DNA of 64,000 bases, from contig CAYIAA010000001.1 of assembly GCA_964361405.1 (NCBI GenBank), positions 20,917 through 84,916 on the forward strand, given 5' to 3'. This document shows positions 8,246-17,751 of this stretch, one piece after another. The position numbers and the translations under genes were made by a program. Numbering within the stretch: position 1 is the first letter of the stretch; each line of letters begins with the position of its first letter. The notes under the pieces are model-generated. The model was not told where the DNA came from. It saw only the letters and a program-made list of their open reading frames with translations, and made no database searches. Source of the DNA: an uncultured Candidatus Saccharibacteria bacterium (lineage in GTDB: Bacteria; Patescibacteriota; Minisyncoccia; Phycocordibacterales; UBA3531).

Positions 8246-10171
8246 ATGTGCGCAATTATCGGAGTAGTCGGAAAAATTCCAGAGCGTGAAAAAGTCATCC
8301 GCGCTCGCGATACCATGACACATCGTGGTCCGGATGATGCCGGGATTTATTATATGCCCGAGGAAGGGGTGGCGCTTGGGCACCGACGTCTTTCCATCAT
8401 TGATCTCTCACCGTCGGGCCGTCAGCCCATGGAATCGGTGGATGGGCGTTTCGTGGTTACCTTTAACGGCGAGATTTATAATTACCAAGCACTTCGTTCC
8501 GAGCTTCGCAGTAAGTATAAATTTTCTACCGAGACAGACACGGAGACGATTCTCGCGGCGTTTTCAGTGTGGGGGCTTTCCTGCGTCAAACGGCTCCGCG
8601 GTATGTTTGCATTTGCGGTGTGGGATAAGAAAACGCGAAAGTGTTACCTCGTGCGTGACCGGCTTGGGATCAAGCCGCTTTACTATACAGAGCACGCGGG
8701 GAATTTTTATTTTTCTTCTGAAATCAAAGGCATCCTTCTGCTTTCTGACATTCCCCGAAAGCTCAATCGGGCCGCTTTCACCGATTATCTAAGTTATCGT
8801 TATCCTCTCGGAGGAAAAACATTTTTTGAGGGGATTCACTCGGTTTTACCCGGACAGATTATGACAATTGTTCCTGGTGGAAAAGTGGAAGAAACGTTGT
8901 ATTGGGATCTTCCCGTTGTCTCCGATAAAAAGGAACGCACCGAGGTCGAAGTCCTGTTTGAGACTGAACGGATTTTGAAGGAGACCGTCCGACTTCATCT
9001 GCAAAGCGACGTCCCGGTCGGGGCGTATCTTTCCGGTGGCATTGATTCAAGTCTTCTGGTTGCTTTGATGTCCGAGCTAACGAGTAAACCGGTCAAGACC
9101 TTTTCCGTCGGGTTTCCTGAAGTAGAGGCAAATGAATTCAGCTTTGCGCGGGAGGTCGCACAGCGCTATGGCACACAACATCGGGAAATTGAACTCGACG
9201 CGAAAAATTATCTCGCACTTCTGCCTGAAGTGATTCGGTTCAAGGACGCTCCTTTGGCAATCCCGAACGAGGTACCACTCCATGTGCTGTCTTCCGAATT
9301 GAAAAAACATATCACCGTGGTGCTCTCCGGCGAAGGAGCAGACGAACTCTTCGGCGGCTATGGGCGGATTTTTCGGAGCGGCTTTGATTGGGAGCGCATG
9401 TCATGTCTTCCGTTATTTCCGTTTTCGGATCATGAGCGAGGAGAGCTGAAGAAAAATTTAATCAGTAAATACGGCACTTCCTTTCCAAGGACAATCACAG
9501 AACATTTCACCGGAGAATACTCGTATATGCCAGTATCTGAAAAACAGGCGCTCTTGTCGGGAGAGCACTTCGATCTTTCCCGCCGCATGCTTTTGAACGA
9601 ATCCTTCTTTGAAACTTTTTTCGAGAAGGCGCGGACATTATCTTTTTCAGAGCAGTATCTCTATCTTTTCGAAAAGGTTCACATCATTGGTCCACTGGAA
9701 CGCTTGGATACGACGACAATGTCCCGATCGGTTGAAGCGCGGGTGCCGTATGTTGACCACGAGCTTGTTGAATTTGTCTCTGCGCTTCCGCTTTCTTTTA
9801 AGCTAAGGTGGAACGATATGGATGCAGAAACTGCCAGCCGTGTGTTGAATGCGGATCAGATCAGTGAAACATACGACACACCGAAATACATTTTGAGGAA
9901 ACTTGCTGAAAAATACTTGCCGGAGAATGTGATTAACCGTAAAAAAATGGGATTCCCCGTACCGCTCAATGCATGGATGGGGGGTGAGCTCTCATCCTAC
10001 GCTCGCGACATTCTCCTTAAACCCGACGCCCGCTTGAGCGGGTTATATAACGAGGAAACGCTCAAGCGTTTTCTTACCGAGCCGCCCCTCGCCCCCGGTC
10101 GCCGCGGTATGAATATCTGGATGCTCATTAACTTGGAATTATGGGCGAATGAGTATAAGGTAACAATTTAA
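8246..10171 (+). CDS. asnB: asparagine synthetase (glutamine-hydrolysing) family amidotransferase
   Basis: Start set at the MCAIIG ATG (8246), giving the N-terminal nucleophile Cys2; RGPDDAGIY, HRRLSIIDLS and the SGGIDSS PP-loop are present; 641 aa. Confidence 0.8.
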   Translation: MCAIIGVVGKIPEREKVIRARDTMTHRGPDDAGIYYMPEEGVALGHRRLSIIDLSPSGRQPMESVDGRFVVTFNGEIYNYQALRSELRSKYKFSTETDTETILAAFSVWGLSCVKRLRGMFAFAVWDKKTRKCYLVRDRLGIKPLYYTEHAGNFYFSSEIKGILLLSDIPRKLNRAAFTDYLSYRYPLGGKTFFEGIHSVLPGQIMTIVPGGKVEETLYWDLPVVSDKKERTEVEVLFETERILKETVRLHLQSDVPVGAYLSGGIDSSLLVALMSELTSKPVKTFSVGFPEVEANEFSFAREVAQRYGTQHREIELDAKNYLALLPEVIRFKDAPLAIPNEVPLHVLSSELKKHITVVLSGEGADELFGGYGRIFRSGFDWERMSCLPLFPFSDHERGELKKNLISKYGTSFPRTITEHFTGEYSYMPVSEKQALLSGEHFDLSRRMLLNESFFETFFEKARTLSFSEQYLYLFEKVHIIGPLERLDTTTMSRSVEARVPYVDHELVEFVSALPLSFKLRWNDMDAETASRVLNADQISETYDTPKYILRKLAEKYLPENVINRKKMGFPVPLNAWMGGELSSYARDILLKPDARLSGLYNEETLKRFLTEPPLAPGRRGMNIWMLINLELWANEYKVTI

Positions 10172-10180
10172 TTGAGAGAC

Positions 10181-11395
10181 ATGTATACAAAAAAAGACAA
10201 CCATGGAAAGGAAAGTAAGGGGTTGGGACTTGCCCGACTTGCGGATGATATTCCGGCCTTTTATGTGCTTGCGATTGATAAAATTGCAAATGAATATCAA
10301 CAAGCCGGGAAAGACGTTATCAAACTCAATCTTGGAAAGTCGGAGGTTCCGATGCCTAAATATGTTGCGGACGAGATGGTGCGGAATATCTACGACGGTA
10401 TCCGACGGGAAATGATCGATCCACAAGGACTCATTCCACTCCGCGAAGAAATTGCACATGCGCACGAGGCGGCTTCCGGAGTACAGGTCTCGCCGGACAA
10501 CGTCTTTATCAATAACGGGACGAGTCCGTTTTTCCTCTCATTTTTTCTCCTTCTTGCAGATCCTGGAGACGAGATTCTTCTTCCTCTCCCGTACTACCCG
10601 ACCTATGTGGCGAGTGCAAATATGGCGCGTCTCGGAAAAAGTTTCTACCGGATTGAAAACGGGCGGGTGAACATGGATGATATTCGCTCACGTTTTGTTC
10701 CCGGAAAAACGAAGATTGTATTTCTCAATTCCCCTGGGAATCCGTTGGGAAACGTACACACGAAGGAGGAACTCCGGGAAATTCTCGACATTGTTGACGG
10801 TCGTGCCTATGTTATTTCCGACGAGATTTACGACGGTTTCGTGTACGGAGACGACTATACCTCCATCTTGAGTGTATACAATCCCGCGCGGGACAAAGTC
10901 ATCGTCGTGAACGGTTTCTCGAAAATCCATCACATGTATACGAGGCGGCTTGGATACGCAATTGTACCAGAAGAATTGACACCGGCACTGCTTAGGTACC
11001 AACAGCATACGCTTGTCTGCGTCGACCCGATTACCCAGTTTGCGGGACTTGTTTCTATGAAGAACAAAGAACGCCTTATCCGTGACGAGACCAAGACAGA
11101 AGTTGAAGAGTATCGCCGCCGACTTCATGCGTCGGAGCGCATTCTCCGGAGCACGCACGCTCGGGTTATACCCCCCGCAGGCAGTTTCTACATGTGTTTG
11201 GATGTCTCGGGTTACCTTGGCGGTAAAACCTCCGATTCGCTCTCACTCGCTAAACTTCTTTTAAACGACGCACATGTTGCAATTACTCCCGCGGAAGATT
11301 TCGGTGGGAGCGATTTTTTCAGAGTGAGTCTTACGAGCAGTCGTGTGGTCGAAGGGATTGAACGGATAGCGGATTTTTTCGCACACTTTAAATGA
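10181..11395 (+). CDS. PLP-dependent aminotransferase, class I/II fold
   Basis: First ATG after an alternative TTG start; NGFSKIHHMYTRRLG carries the class-I aminotransferase Lys (SxSK...R) motif; about 404 aa. Confidence 0.7.
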   Translation: MYTKKDNHGKESKGLGLARLADDIPAFYVLAIDKIANEYQQAGKDVIKLNLGKSEVPMPKYVADEMVRNIYDGIRREMIDPQGLIPLREEIAHAHEAASGVQVSPDNVFINNGTSPFFLSFFLLLADPGDEILLPLPYYPTYVASANMARLGKSFYRIENGRVNMDDIRSRFVPGKTKIVFLNSPGNPLGNVHTKEELREILDIVDGRAYVISDEIYDGFVYGDDYTSILSVYNPARDKVIVVNGFSKIHHMYTRRLGYAIVPEELTPALLRYQQHTLVCVDPITQFAGLVSMKNKERLIRDETKTEVEEYRRRLHASERILRSTHARVIPPAGSFYMCLDVSGYLGGKTSDSLSLAKLLLNDAHVAITPAEDFGGSDFFRVSLTSSRVVEGIERIADFFAHFK

Positions 11396-13476
11396 AAGTT
11401 ATTCTCTGCGCAGCTGGAGTGGGGAGCCGGATGGGACCACTTACCCTTGATCGTTCAAAAGGACTTCTTCCACTGGGTGACAAGCTTTTGATCGAGCATA
11501 TACTTGACGCGGTTTCCGTTTGCGGCATCCGAGACGTTGTCATTGTTGTGGGGCACTTCGCACAGAAGGTTCGAGAGGCAGTGGGAGAAAGTTATGGCGG
11601 TTGCCGCATCACCTACGTTGAGAACCAAGAGTATGCCACGACACAAAATATTTACTCACTCTGGCTCGCGCGGAATCACGTGACTGACGGCATGGTATTT
11701 ATAAACGCCGATACCGTTTTTCACCCCACAATTTTGAAGATGCTCATTGATAGTCCACACGAGAATGCTTTTGCAATGAGTACCCCGATTAAGATTTTTG
11801 AGGATTCAATGAAGGTGTACCTTGAGGAGGATAAGCTTTTCGCAATTGGGAAAGAAATTGCCTACGAACCGCACGGGGAGGCTTTTGGCATCTATAAACT
11901 TTCACAGGAGGGAAGCAAAAAATACTTTTCCATTGCAGAAAATCTTTTTAAGTCGGACAAATACCATAAAACCGTTCCTTTTGTTGTGCCGCTTCAGATA
12001 ATGGCTAGTACGACGCCGATTAAAGCGGTTTCGTCCGGCGAATATCCATGGGCTGAAGTTGATACACCGGAAGATTATGAACGGGCACAGAAAATTATCG
12101 GGCTTATTAGCACTCCTTCGTCTACAAGCGGGCTCGTGAAGAATTACACTGTGGTGGCAACATCTCCCGAAAAGCGCTCACTTCTCAAGTGGTTCGAGAC
12201 AGGAATGCAAAGCATTTTACCGGAATTTCTCATACCAGCTACAGTTCGTGTCTCTCGAGACACCTTATTTGTTCAAGATAAATCATTTCCTTTAGCCAAT
12301 CGACGTGTATTTGTGATTGGAATCGGGAAAGCCGTCCTTGGAATGGCGAAGGCGATTGAAGACGTGCTTGGACTCGAACGGATTACAGCGGGTGTAGTTG
12401 TTTCAAACAGGGATACTGGGCAACTCCGTACTATCGAGGTGCATGAGGCGGATCATCCAGTGCCGTCGGAGCGTAGTGTTTTTGGGGCCAGGAAAGTACT
12501 CGACTTGAAAGCCAAACACAATCTGACTGAGCGGGATCTCTTAATTGCACTTATCTCCGGCGGCGGTTCATCGCTCTTGGCACACCCAGCGTCGGGCATC
12601 ACGCTTTCCGACAAACAGAAAATGATTGAACTCTTAATTCGGAGTGGCGCCACCGTGCACGAGATGACGGTTTTGAAGAAAAAGGTCTCAAGCGTGAAAG
12701 GAGGGAAGCTCGCGCGGCATTTTTATCCGACCCCCATTGTTTCTCTCACGCTCTCTGACGTCGTCGGGAATGATCTTACCGTAATCGCCTCGGGGCCGTT
12801 CGTCCATGACGAGACAACTATCGATGACGCATTCCGTATTATCGATACCTACAACCTCCGCTCCGTATTGCCGAAGAGTATTATGCAGTTTTTTGAAAGT
12901 CGTATCGGAAAAGAAGAAAAAGTTCCTTCATTTGACCACGTTCACCACACGCTTCTTGGGGATAATGATACGGTGCTCTATGCAATTAAAACGGCGGCAG
13001 AGAGTGATGGGGTTCGTGTGCATGTGAAATCCCGCCTTGAAGGCGAAGCAAGCGAAGTCGCACGCACTATCTGTGCCGATATTTCGAAACGGAAAATACA
13101 GGAACCGACGCTTTTTCTCTATGGCGGAGAGACGACGGTGAAACTTCCAGAGGCGCATGGTGTGGGCGGCAGGAATCAGGAATTCGTGTTATCGTGCCTT
13201 GAGTACTTCCGTGCTAATCCGCTCACCGCGCCCTGGGCGCTTCTGTCTCTCGGGACTGACGGAGTTGATTTTATTCCCGAAGCGGCTGGAGCCCTTGTTG
13301 ACCCCGAAACGATTAGAGACGCGGATAAGAAGGGTATTGACTTCGCTCACGCGCTTGCCACGCATGATTCGTATCCGGTGCTCCGCGATCTCGGAACGAT
13401 TGTTTCAACCGGCGGTCCGACAGGAACCAACGTTGGTGATGTAATTATGGTTTTTATTGACCCCAGGCATTCATGA
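11392..13476 (+). CDS. bifunctional fusion: LicC-like nucleotidyl(cytidylyl)transferase plus MOFRL/DUF4147 glycerate 2-kinase-like domain
   Basis: 694 aa. N-terminal MKVILCAAGVGSRMGPLT...KGLLP...NIYSL fits the NTP_transferase (LicC/MobA-like) fold. C-terminal IGIGKAVLGMA, ISGGGSSLL, VKGGKLAR, LSDVVGND, YGGETTV, GVGGRNQE and LGTDGVDF match glycerate-2-kinase (GckA/MOFRL) blocks. Confidence 0.65.
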   Translation: MKVILCAAGVGSRMGPLTLDRSKGLLPLGDKLLIEHILDAVSVCGIRDVVIVVGHFAQKVREAVGESYGGCRITYVENQEYATTQNIYSLWLARNHVTDGMVFINADTVFHPTILKMLIDSPHENAFAMSTPIKIFEDSMKVYLEEDKLFAIGKEIAYEPHGEAFGIYKLSQEGSKKYFSIAENLFKSDKYHKTVPFVVPLQIMASTTPIKAVSSGEYPWAEVDTPEDYERAQKIIGLISTPSSTSGLVKNYTVVATSPEKRSLLKWFETGMQSILPEFLIPATVRVSRDTLFVQDKSFPLANRRVFVIGIGKAVLGMAKAIEDVLGLERITAGVVVSNRDTGQLRTIEVHEADHPVPSERSVFGARKVLDLKAKHNLTERDLLIALISGGGSSLLAHPASGITLSDKQKMIELLIRSGATVHEMTVLKKKVSSVKGGKLARHFYPTPIVSLTLSDVVGNDLTVIASGPFVHDETTIDDAFRIIDTYNLRSVLPKSIMQFFESRIGKEEKVPSFDHVHHTLLGDNDTVLYAIKTAAESDGVRVHVKSRLEGEASEVARTICADISKRKIQEPTLFLYGGETTVKLPEAHGVGGRNQEFVLSCLEYFRANPLTAPWALLSLGTDGVDFIPEAAGALVDPETIRDADKKGIDFAHALATHDSYPVLRDLGTIVSTGGPTGTNVGDVIMVFIDPRHS

Positions 13477-14360
13477 ATGAGCACAAACACAAAATGACTA
13501 CCGAGGAGGTTCGCGTCTACTGGGGCAAGAAGAACATTCCCCAGCAGTGGTACTCGAAGAAAGACCCGTTCACGAGGCAATGGTTTAACGAACTTGCTTA
13601 TAAAAGGTATAGCCGCTACTACCCATACTTGAAAGACGAATTGGAATTTGAGAATCACCGTGGCGAAGAAATTCTCGAAATCGGCTGCGGTATCGGCACG
13701 GACTTAGCTGAATTTGCCCAAGGCGGCGCCGTTGTCACTGGCACCGACCTCGGTCCGGATCAAGTGATGCTCTCGAAACTAAACCTCGACCTCCGTGGTC
13801 TACCCTATAAAGAGATTACAGAAGCTAATGTTGAGAACCTCCCGTTTCCGGACGGTTCATTTGACCTTGTTTACTCAATCGGCGTTATACATCATGTTGC
13901 AAATCCCGAGAAAGCGATAAGTGAGATATTCCGCGTGCTCAAGCCCGACGGGAAGGCGATTGTGCTCGTCTATGCCCGCGGCTGGAAACACTACCTCAAG
14001 CGATGTCTCGTGCACGGCATTCTCAAGGGAAAGTGGTTTCGATACGGGTTTGACTGGCGGAAGGTGAGGAGCGAGGTGTCCGAGGTCCACGGTTCTTCAC
14101 CTCGTACCGAGATTTGGACGAAGCGCGAGGTCCGGAAACTGTTTAAACAATTTCCGACGCTTGAAATCAAGAAGCGGCGGCTCGGAGAATTTTTCGAGTA
14201 TAAACCCTACAATACCGTGATGTTTCCGGCGTTCGTAAGAAATATTCTTTTCCTTCTCGGACTTGAATCTCTCATCGGTGAGAATTGGTTCGTGAAAGCA
14301 GATAAAACAAAATGGCCAAAAGAGGAAACCTTCTTTGGAGTGTGGTGGAGACACTACTAG
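13473..14360 (+). CDS. class I SAM-dependent methyltransferase
   Basis: 295 aa; motif I ILEIGCGIGTD; VLKPDGKAIV post-I region. Confidence 0.65.
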   Translation: MNEHKHKMTTEEVRVYWGKKNIPQQWYSKKDPFTRQWFNELAYKRYSRYYPYLKDELEFENHRGEEILEIGCGIGTDLAEFAQGGAVVTGTDLGPDQVMLSKLNLDLRGLPYKEITEANVENLPFPDGSFDLVYSIGVIHHVANPEKAISEIFRVLKPDGKAIVLVYARGWKHYLKRCLVHGILKGKWFRYGFDWRKVRSEVSEVHGSSPRTEIWTKREVRKLFKQFPTLEIKKRRLGEFFEYKPYNTVMFPAFVRNILFLLGLESLIGENWFVKADKTKWPKEETFFGVWWRHY

Positions 14361-14370
14361 GAGTAAATTG

Positions 14371-15186
14371 ATGCAACACTACACCCTAAAGGAAATTCGC
14401 GAGAAACGGTTTGATCCGAAACGAAGTCGGGCACGTATCATAAGCGAGCGATATGTAGTATTGAACGCTATCGGGAAGCTCGTCTCGCCGTATCCGACCT
14501 ATGCATTTCTCAACCTCGGACTCACACCGGATGTGATAACGCTCGTAAGTATCGGTTTCATCATCGCGAGTGCGGGATTTTTCCTCGCGGGTCAATCGGT
14601 TCTAGCGGCAATAGGACTCTTATGTTTCCTGCTCTGTGACAGCGTGGACGGCGACATGGCGCGCGTGCGCGGCTCCACGCGTTACGGCGGTGTCATCGAC
14701 TCCTACGGAGCCGACTTCTTTTATGCTCTTATCCCATCGTCTATTGGTTTTTTCCTTTTTTCACGAGGCACAACGATAGCTGCTTTTTCTCCGGAGGTTG
14801 TTCTGATGATCGCTGTTTCTGTTTCGCTCACCTTTACGCTCTACCGATCAATTAATATCAAGCTTGTGGGGTTTTTGGAGCGGGAGGGCGCAATTACGAA
14901 AGGAGACGCATTCTCGGGAATGAATTCCGAAGGAAAGTTCTCGGTCTCTCTGTGGGCGAGGAAAGTGGTAAAGTTATTCCGCCATGAGGTGGTGAAGGGA
15001 AATTTTTTTTCCGAACCCGGCTTAGTTCTCTGGTTCTCACTCGGTATGTTTACCGGCGCTTATGCGGCCCTTGCCTGGTATCTCGTGGCGCTTCTTTTCT
15101 ATAACCTCGTATGGCTTCTCATCACACTTGTGCGTTCATATATAACATTCCTTCACATCGAGAAAACACCTCACTCTAATTCCTGA
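14371..15186 (+). CDS. CDP-alcohol phosphatidyltransferase family membrane protein
   Basis: Start at the ATG 9 nt after AGGAG; signature D-G-x2-A-R-x8-G-x3-D-x3-D is present as DSVDGDMARVRGSTRYGGVIDSYGADFF; multiple TM helices. Confidence 0.65.
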   Translation: MQHYTLKEIREKRFDPKRSRARIISERYVVLNAIGKLVSPYPTYAFLNLGLTPDVITLVSIGFIIASAGFFLAGQSVLAAIGLLCFLLCDSVDGDMARVRGSTRYGGVIDSYGADFFYALIPSSIGFFLFSRGTTIAAFSPEVVLMIAVSVSLTFTLYRSINIKLVGFLEREGAITKGDAFSGMNSEGKFSVSLWARKVVKLFRHEVVKGNFFSEPGLVLWFSLGMFTGAYAALAWYLVALLFYNLVWLLITLVRSYITFLHIEKTPHSNS

Positions 15187-15193
15187 TAGCACC

Positions 15194-16003
15194 ATGCCTG
15201 ACAATAAAGCATTTGAGGAAAAATGGGCGAGCGTTTGCGGTGGCACGGGTAAAGTAGAAGAGAAAACCGTTTTTGTTCCAAGAGGCGCTCAACCGAAAAC
15301 CCAGAGGCAATTTAACCTTCTCCATTACTTCGAATTCATTGCCAGGCGTATTGAAGGCAAGGGTTACCGGACTGCGCTTGAAGTGGGGTGCGGCCGTGGC
15401 ACGATCGGACTCTATCTGAACCGCTACCTTGGCATGAACGTGACTCTTCTCGATTCATCACAGGATGCGGTGGAACTTGCGCGGTGGAATTTCACGCACT
15501 GGGGTGGAAAGGGGGTATTTCGAATCGAAGACGCTCGCGCGCTTTCTTTCCCCGAATCGAGTTTTGACGTTATTGCGACAATTGGACTTCTCGAGCATTT
15601 CGAGGACTATAGACCAGTGTTACGGGAAATGCATCGAGTGCTTAAACCCGGAGGGGTTTTGTTTTCGGTGAACATTCCGAAGAAAAAATCCGTTCAGGTT
15701 TTGAACAGTATCTTCCGCTCCTTTTTGCGTTTTGGAAAGACAGGGCTTCATAAAGATTACTTCAGGAATACCGACACGCCGGGTGATTTCAAATGCCACG
15801 CTGAAGAGGCCGGATTTAAGGATGTAAAAGTGTTTTACGTCAATCCTTTTCCGCTCTTTACTCCCATACCAGCGTGGGCGGAGCGGGCGCTTGCGAGACT
15901 TTATCGCGCGATCTACGCCGCCAGAGGTCTGGTGATGCCGTATCCCTTCCGAGGATCAAGAATGTTCTCACAGGCTCATTTCTTATCAGCAAAGAAAAAA
16001 TAG
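15194..16003 (+). CDS. class I SAM-dependent methyltransferase
   Basis: 269 aa; LEVGCGRGTIGL motif I; VLKPGGVL. Confidence 0.65.
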   Translation: MPDNKAFEEKWASVCGGTGKVEEKTVFVPRGAQPKTQRQFNLLHYFEFIARRIEGKGYRTALEVGCGRGTIGLYLNRYLGMNVTLLDSSQDAVELARWNFTHWGGKGVFRIEDARALSFPESSFDVIATIGLLEHFEDYRPVLREMHRVLKPGGVLFSVNIPKKKSVQVLNSIFRSFLRFGKTGLHKDYFRNTDTPGDFKCHAEEAGFKDVKVFYVNPFPLFTPIPAWAERALARLYRAIYAARGLVMPYPFRGSRMFSQAHFLSAKKK

Positions 16004-16004
16004 T

Positions 16005-17747
16005 ATGTGCGCGATCATTGGAGCAGTGGGGAAGAAACTTCCTGCGCGGGAAATATTTGAACGCGCGCGCGACACTATGGCGCATCGCGGTCCGGATGGC
16101 ATGGGTATTTATTACGAGCCGAAAGAGGGGATTGCCCTGGGACATCGGCGACTTGCGATTATTGATCTCTCGAACGCAGGCAATCAGCCGATGATTTCAA
16201 ACGATGGGCGCTATCAGATTGTTTTTAATGGCGAGATCTATAACTATCTCGAACTCAAGCGAGAACTTAAAGGATATCAATTTAAAACAAAAACTGACAC
16301 TGAAGTTTTGTTAGCCGCCTACGAGCGTTGGGGGACGAATTGCCTCGATCGGCTCGAAGGTATGTTTAGTTTCGCGATCTGGGATTCGCGCGAGAAATCA
16401 CTTTTTGCCGCGCGGGATCGTTTTGGCGAGAAACCGTTCTTTTATTCTGTTCTCGGCGCCGACACTTTCGTTTTTGCTTCCGAAATAAAAGGTCTTTTGG
16501 CTCTTGGGGTGAAACCGAAAATTAATGAATCGGCCATCCATGCATACCTTGTATACGGTTATTATGACCACTCGAATGAAACGTTTTTTGATGGGGTACA
16601 GGTGCTTCCACCCGGACACATGATATCTCGCGGCCAGGACGGGGACCTGGACATTACTCGGTACTGGGATATTGCCGATGCGCGCCCTATCATTCCAACG
16701 TCGCCAGAAGGAATTCTTGAGCGATATAAAGAGCTTCTCGAGAAGTCGGTGGAACTTCGTTTCAGAAGCGACGTACCGGTAGGACTCAATCTCTCAAGCG
16801 GACTTGATTCAAATTCACTTCGCTATTTCTCCGAATGCACGATGGGAAAGACTGTTGACATGTTTTCATTGTGTCTTCCAAGCGATGAATACAATGAATG
16901 TGATCTGATTGAGAAATTTCTCACCGAGGATGAGAAAAAACGTTGGCATACTACCGTAATGACACCAGAAAATGTGTGGAGCGACATTGAACGTATGGTG
17001 AAAATCGAAGATCAACCATTTGGCGGTGTGCCAACCATTGCATACTTAGCACTTCCGGAGCTTGCGAAACGTTCATCGGTTACCGTTCTTCTTGAAGGGC
17101 AAGGGCTCGACGAGCTTCTTGGCGGCTATCCTTACTATCTATCGCTTGTCGAGGCGGGGAATATGCCCGCGTTGCCGGGGAAAAGCCAAGATATGTCGCA
17201 GGAAACGGATGGATCAGTTCTCGAACAAGCGTTCGTTGGCCAATATGCTGGTGGCGCATTCCGTTTTCCGGAACCCTTTTCTTCGCCTCTTATGAATGCC
17301 CAATATCGCGATATAGGGTATACCAAGCTCCCGCGAGTGCTTCGGTTCAATGACCACGCGTCGATGGCACTGGGCCGAGAGCTTCGTATGCCATATCTAT
17401 CGCGTGAGTTTGCAGAGTTCTGCTTTCACCTCCCACTTGCGGAGAAAATTCTAAGTGGGGAACAGAAGGTGCTAAACCGGCGGGCGATGAAAGAGTATCT
17501 CCCTAGCGTTGTGCGAGCAAAGCAGAAAAAAGTTTTTGGAGCCATACAGACCGAATGGTTCCGAAAATACTACAAAGACGCTACTCTAGGGGTTCTCGCT
17601 TCATCTTCATTTCGATCCCGTCCGTATTGGAACCATGTTGTTCTTGAGGAGAAAGTGCAACGCTTTTTTAGTGGCGAAGGAACCAACTCATTTTTTATTT
17701 GGCAGTGTATTAACCTTGAGTTTTGGCTTAGAGAATTTATTGACTAA
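16005..17747 (+). CDS. asparagine synthetase family amidotransferase (second paralog)
   Basis: 580 aa; MCAIIGAVGK N-terminal nucleophile, RGPDGMGIY, HRRLAIIDLS, SSGLDSNS PP-loop variant. Confidence 0.8.
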   Translation: MCAIIGAVGKKLPAREIFERARDTMAHRGPDGMGIYYEPKEGIALGHRRLAIIDLSNAGNQPMISNDGRYQIVFNGEIYNYLELKRELKGYQFKTKTDTEVLLAAYERWGTNCLDRLEGMFSFAIWDSREKSLFAARDRFGEKPFFYSVLGADTFVFASEIKGLLALGVKPKINESAIHAYLVYGYYDHSNETFFDGVQVLPPGHMISRGQDGDLDITRYWDIADARPIIPTSPEGILERYKELLEKSVELRFRSDVPVGLNLSSGLDSNSLRYFSECTMGKTVDMFSLCLPSDEYNECDLIEKFLTEDEKKRWHTTVMTPENVWSDIERMVKIEDQPFGGVPTIAYLALPELAKRSSVTVLLEGQGLDELLGGYPYYLSLVEAGNMPALPGKSQDMSQETDGSVLEQAFVGQYAGGAFRFPEPFSSPLMNAQYRDIGYTKLPRVLRFNDHASMALGRELRMPYLSREFAEFCFHLPLAEKILSGEQKVLNRRAMKEYLPSVVRAKQKKVFGAIQTEWFRKYYKDATLGVLASSSFRSRPYWNHVVLEEKVQRFFSGEGTNSFFIWQCINLEFWLREFID

Positions 17748-17751
17748 AGTT

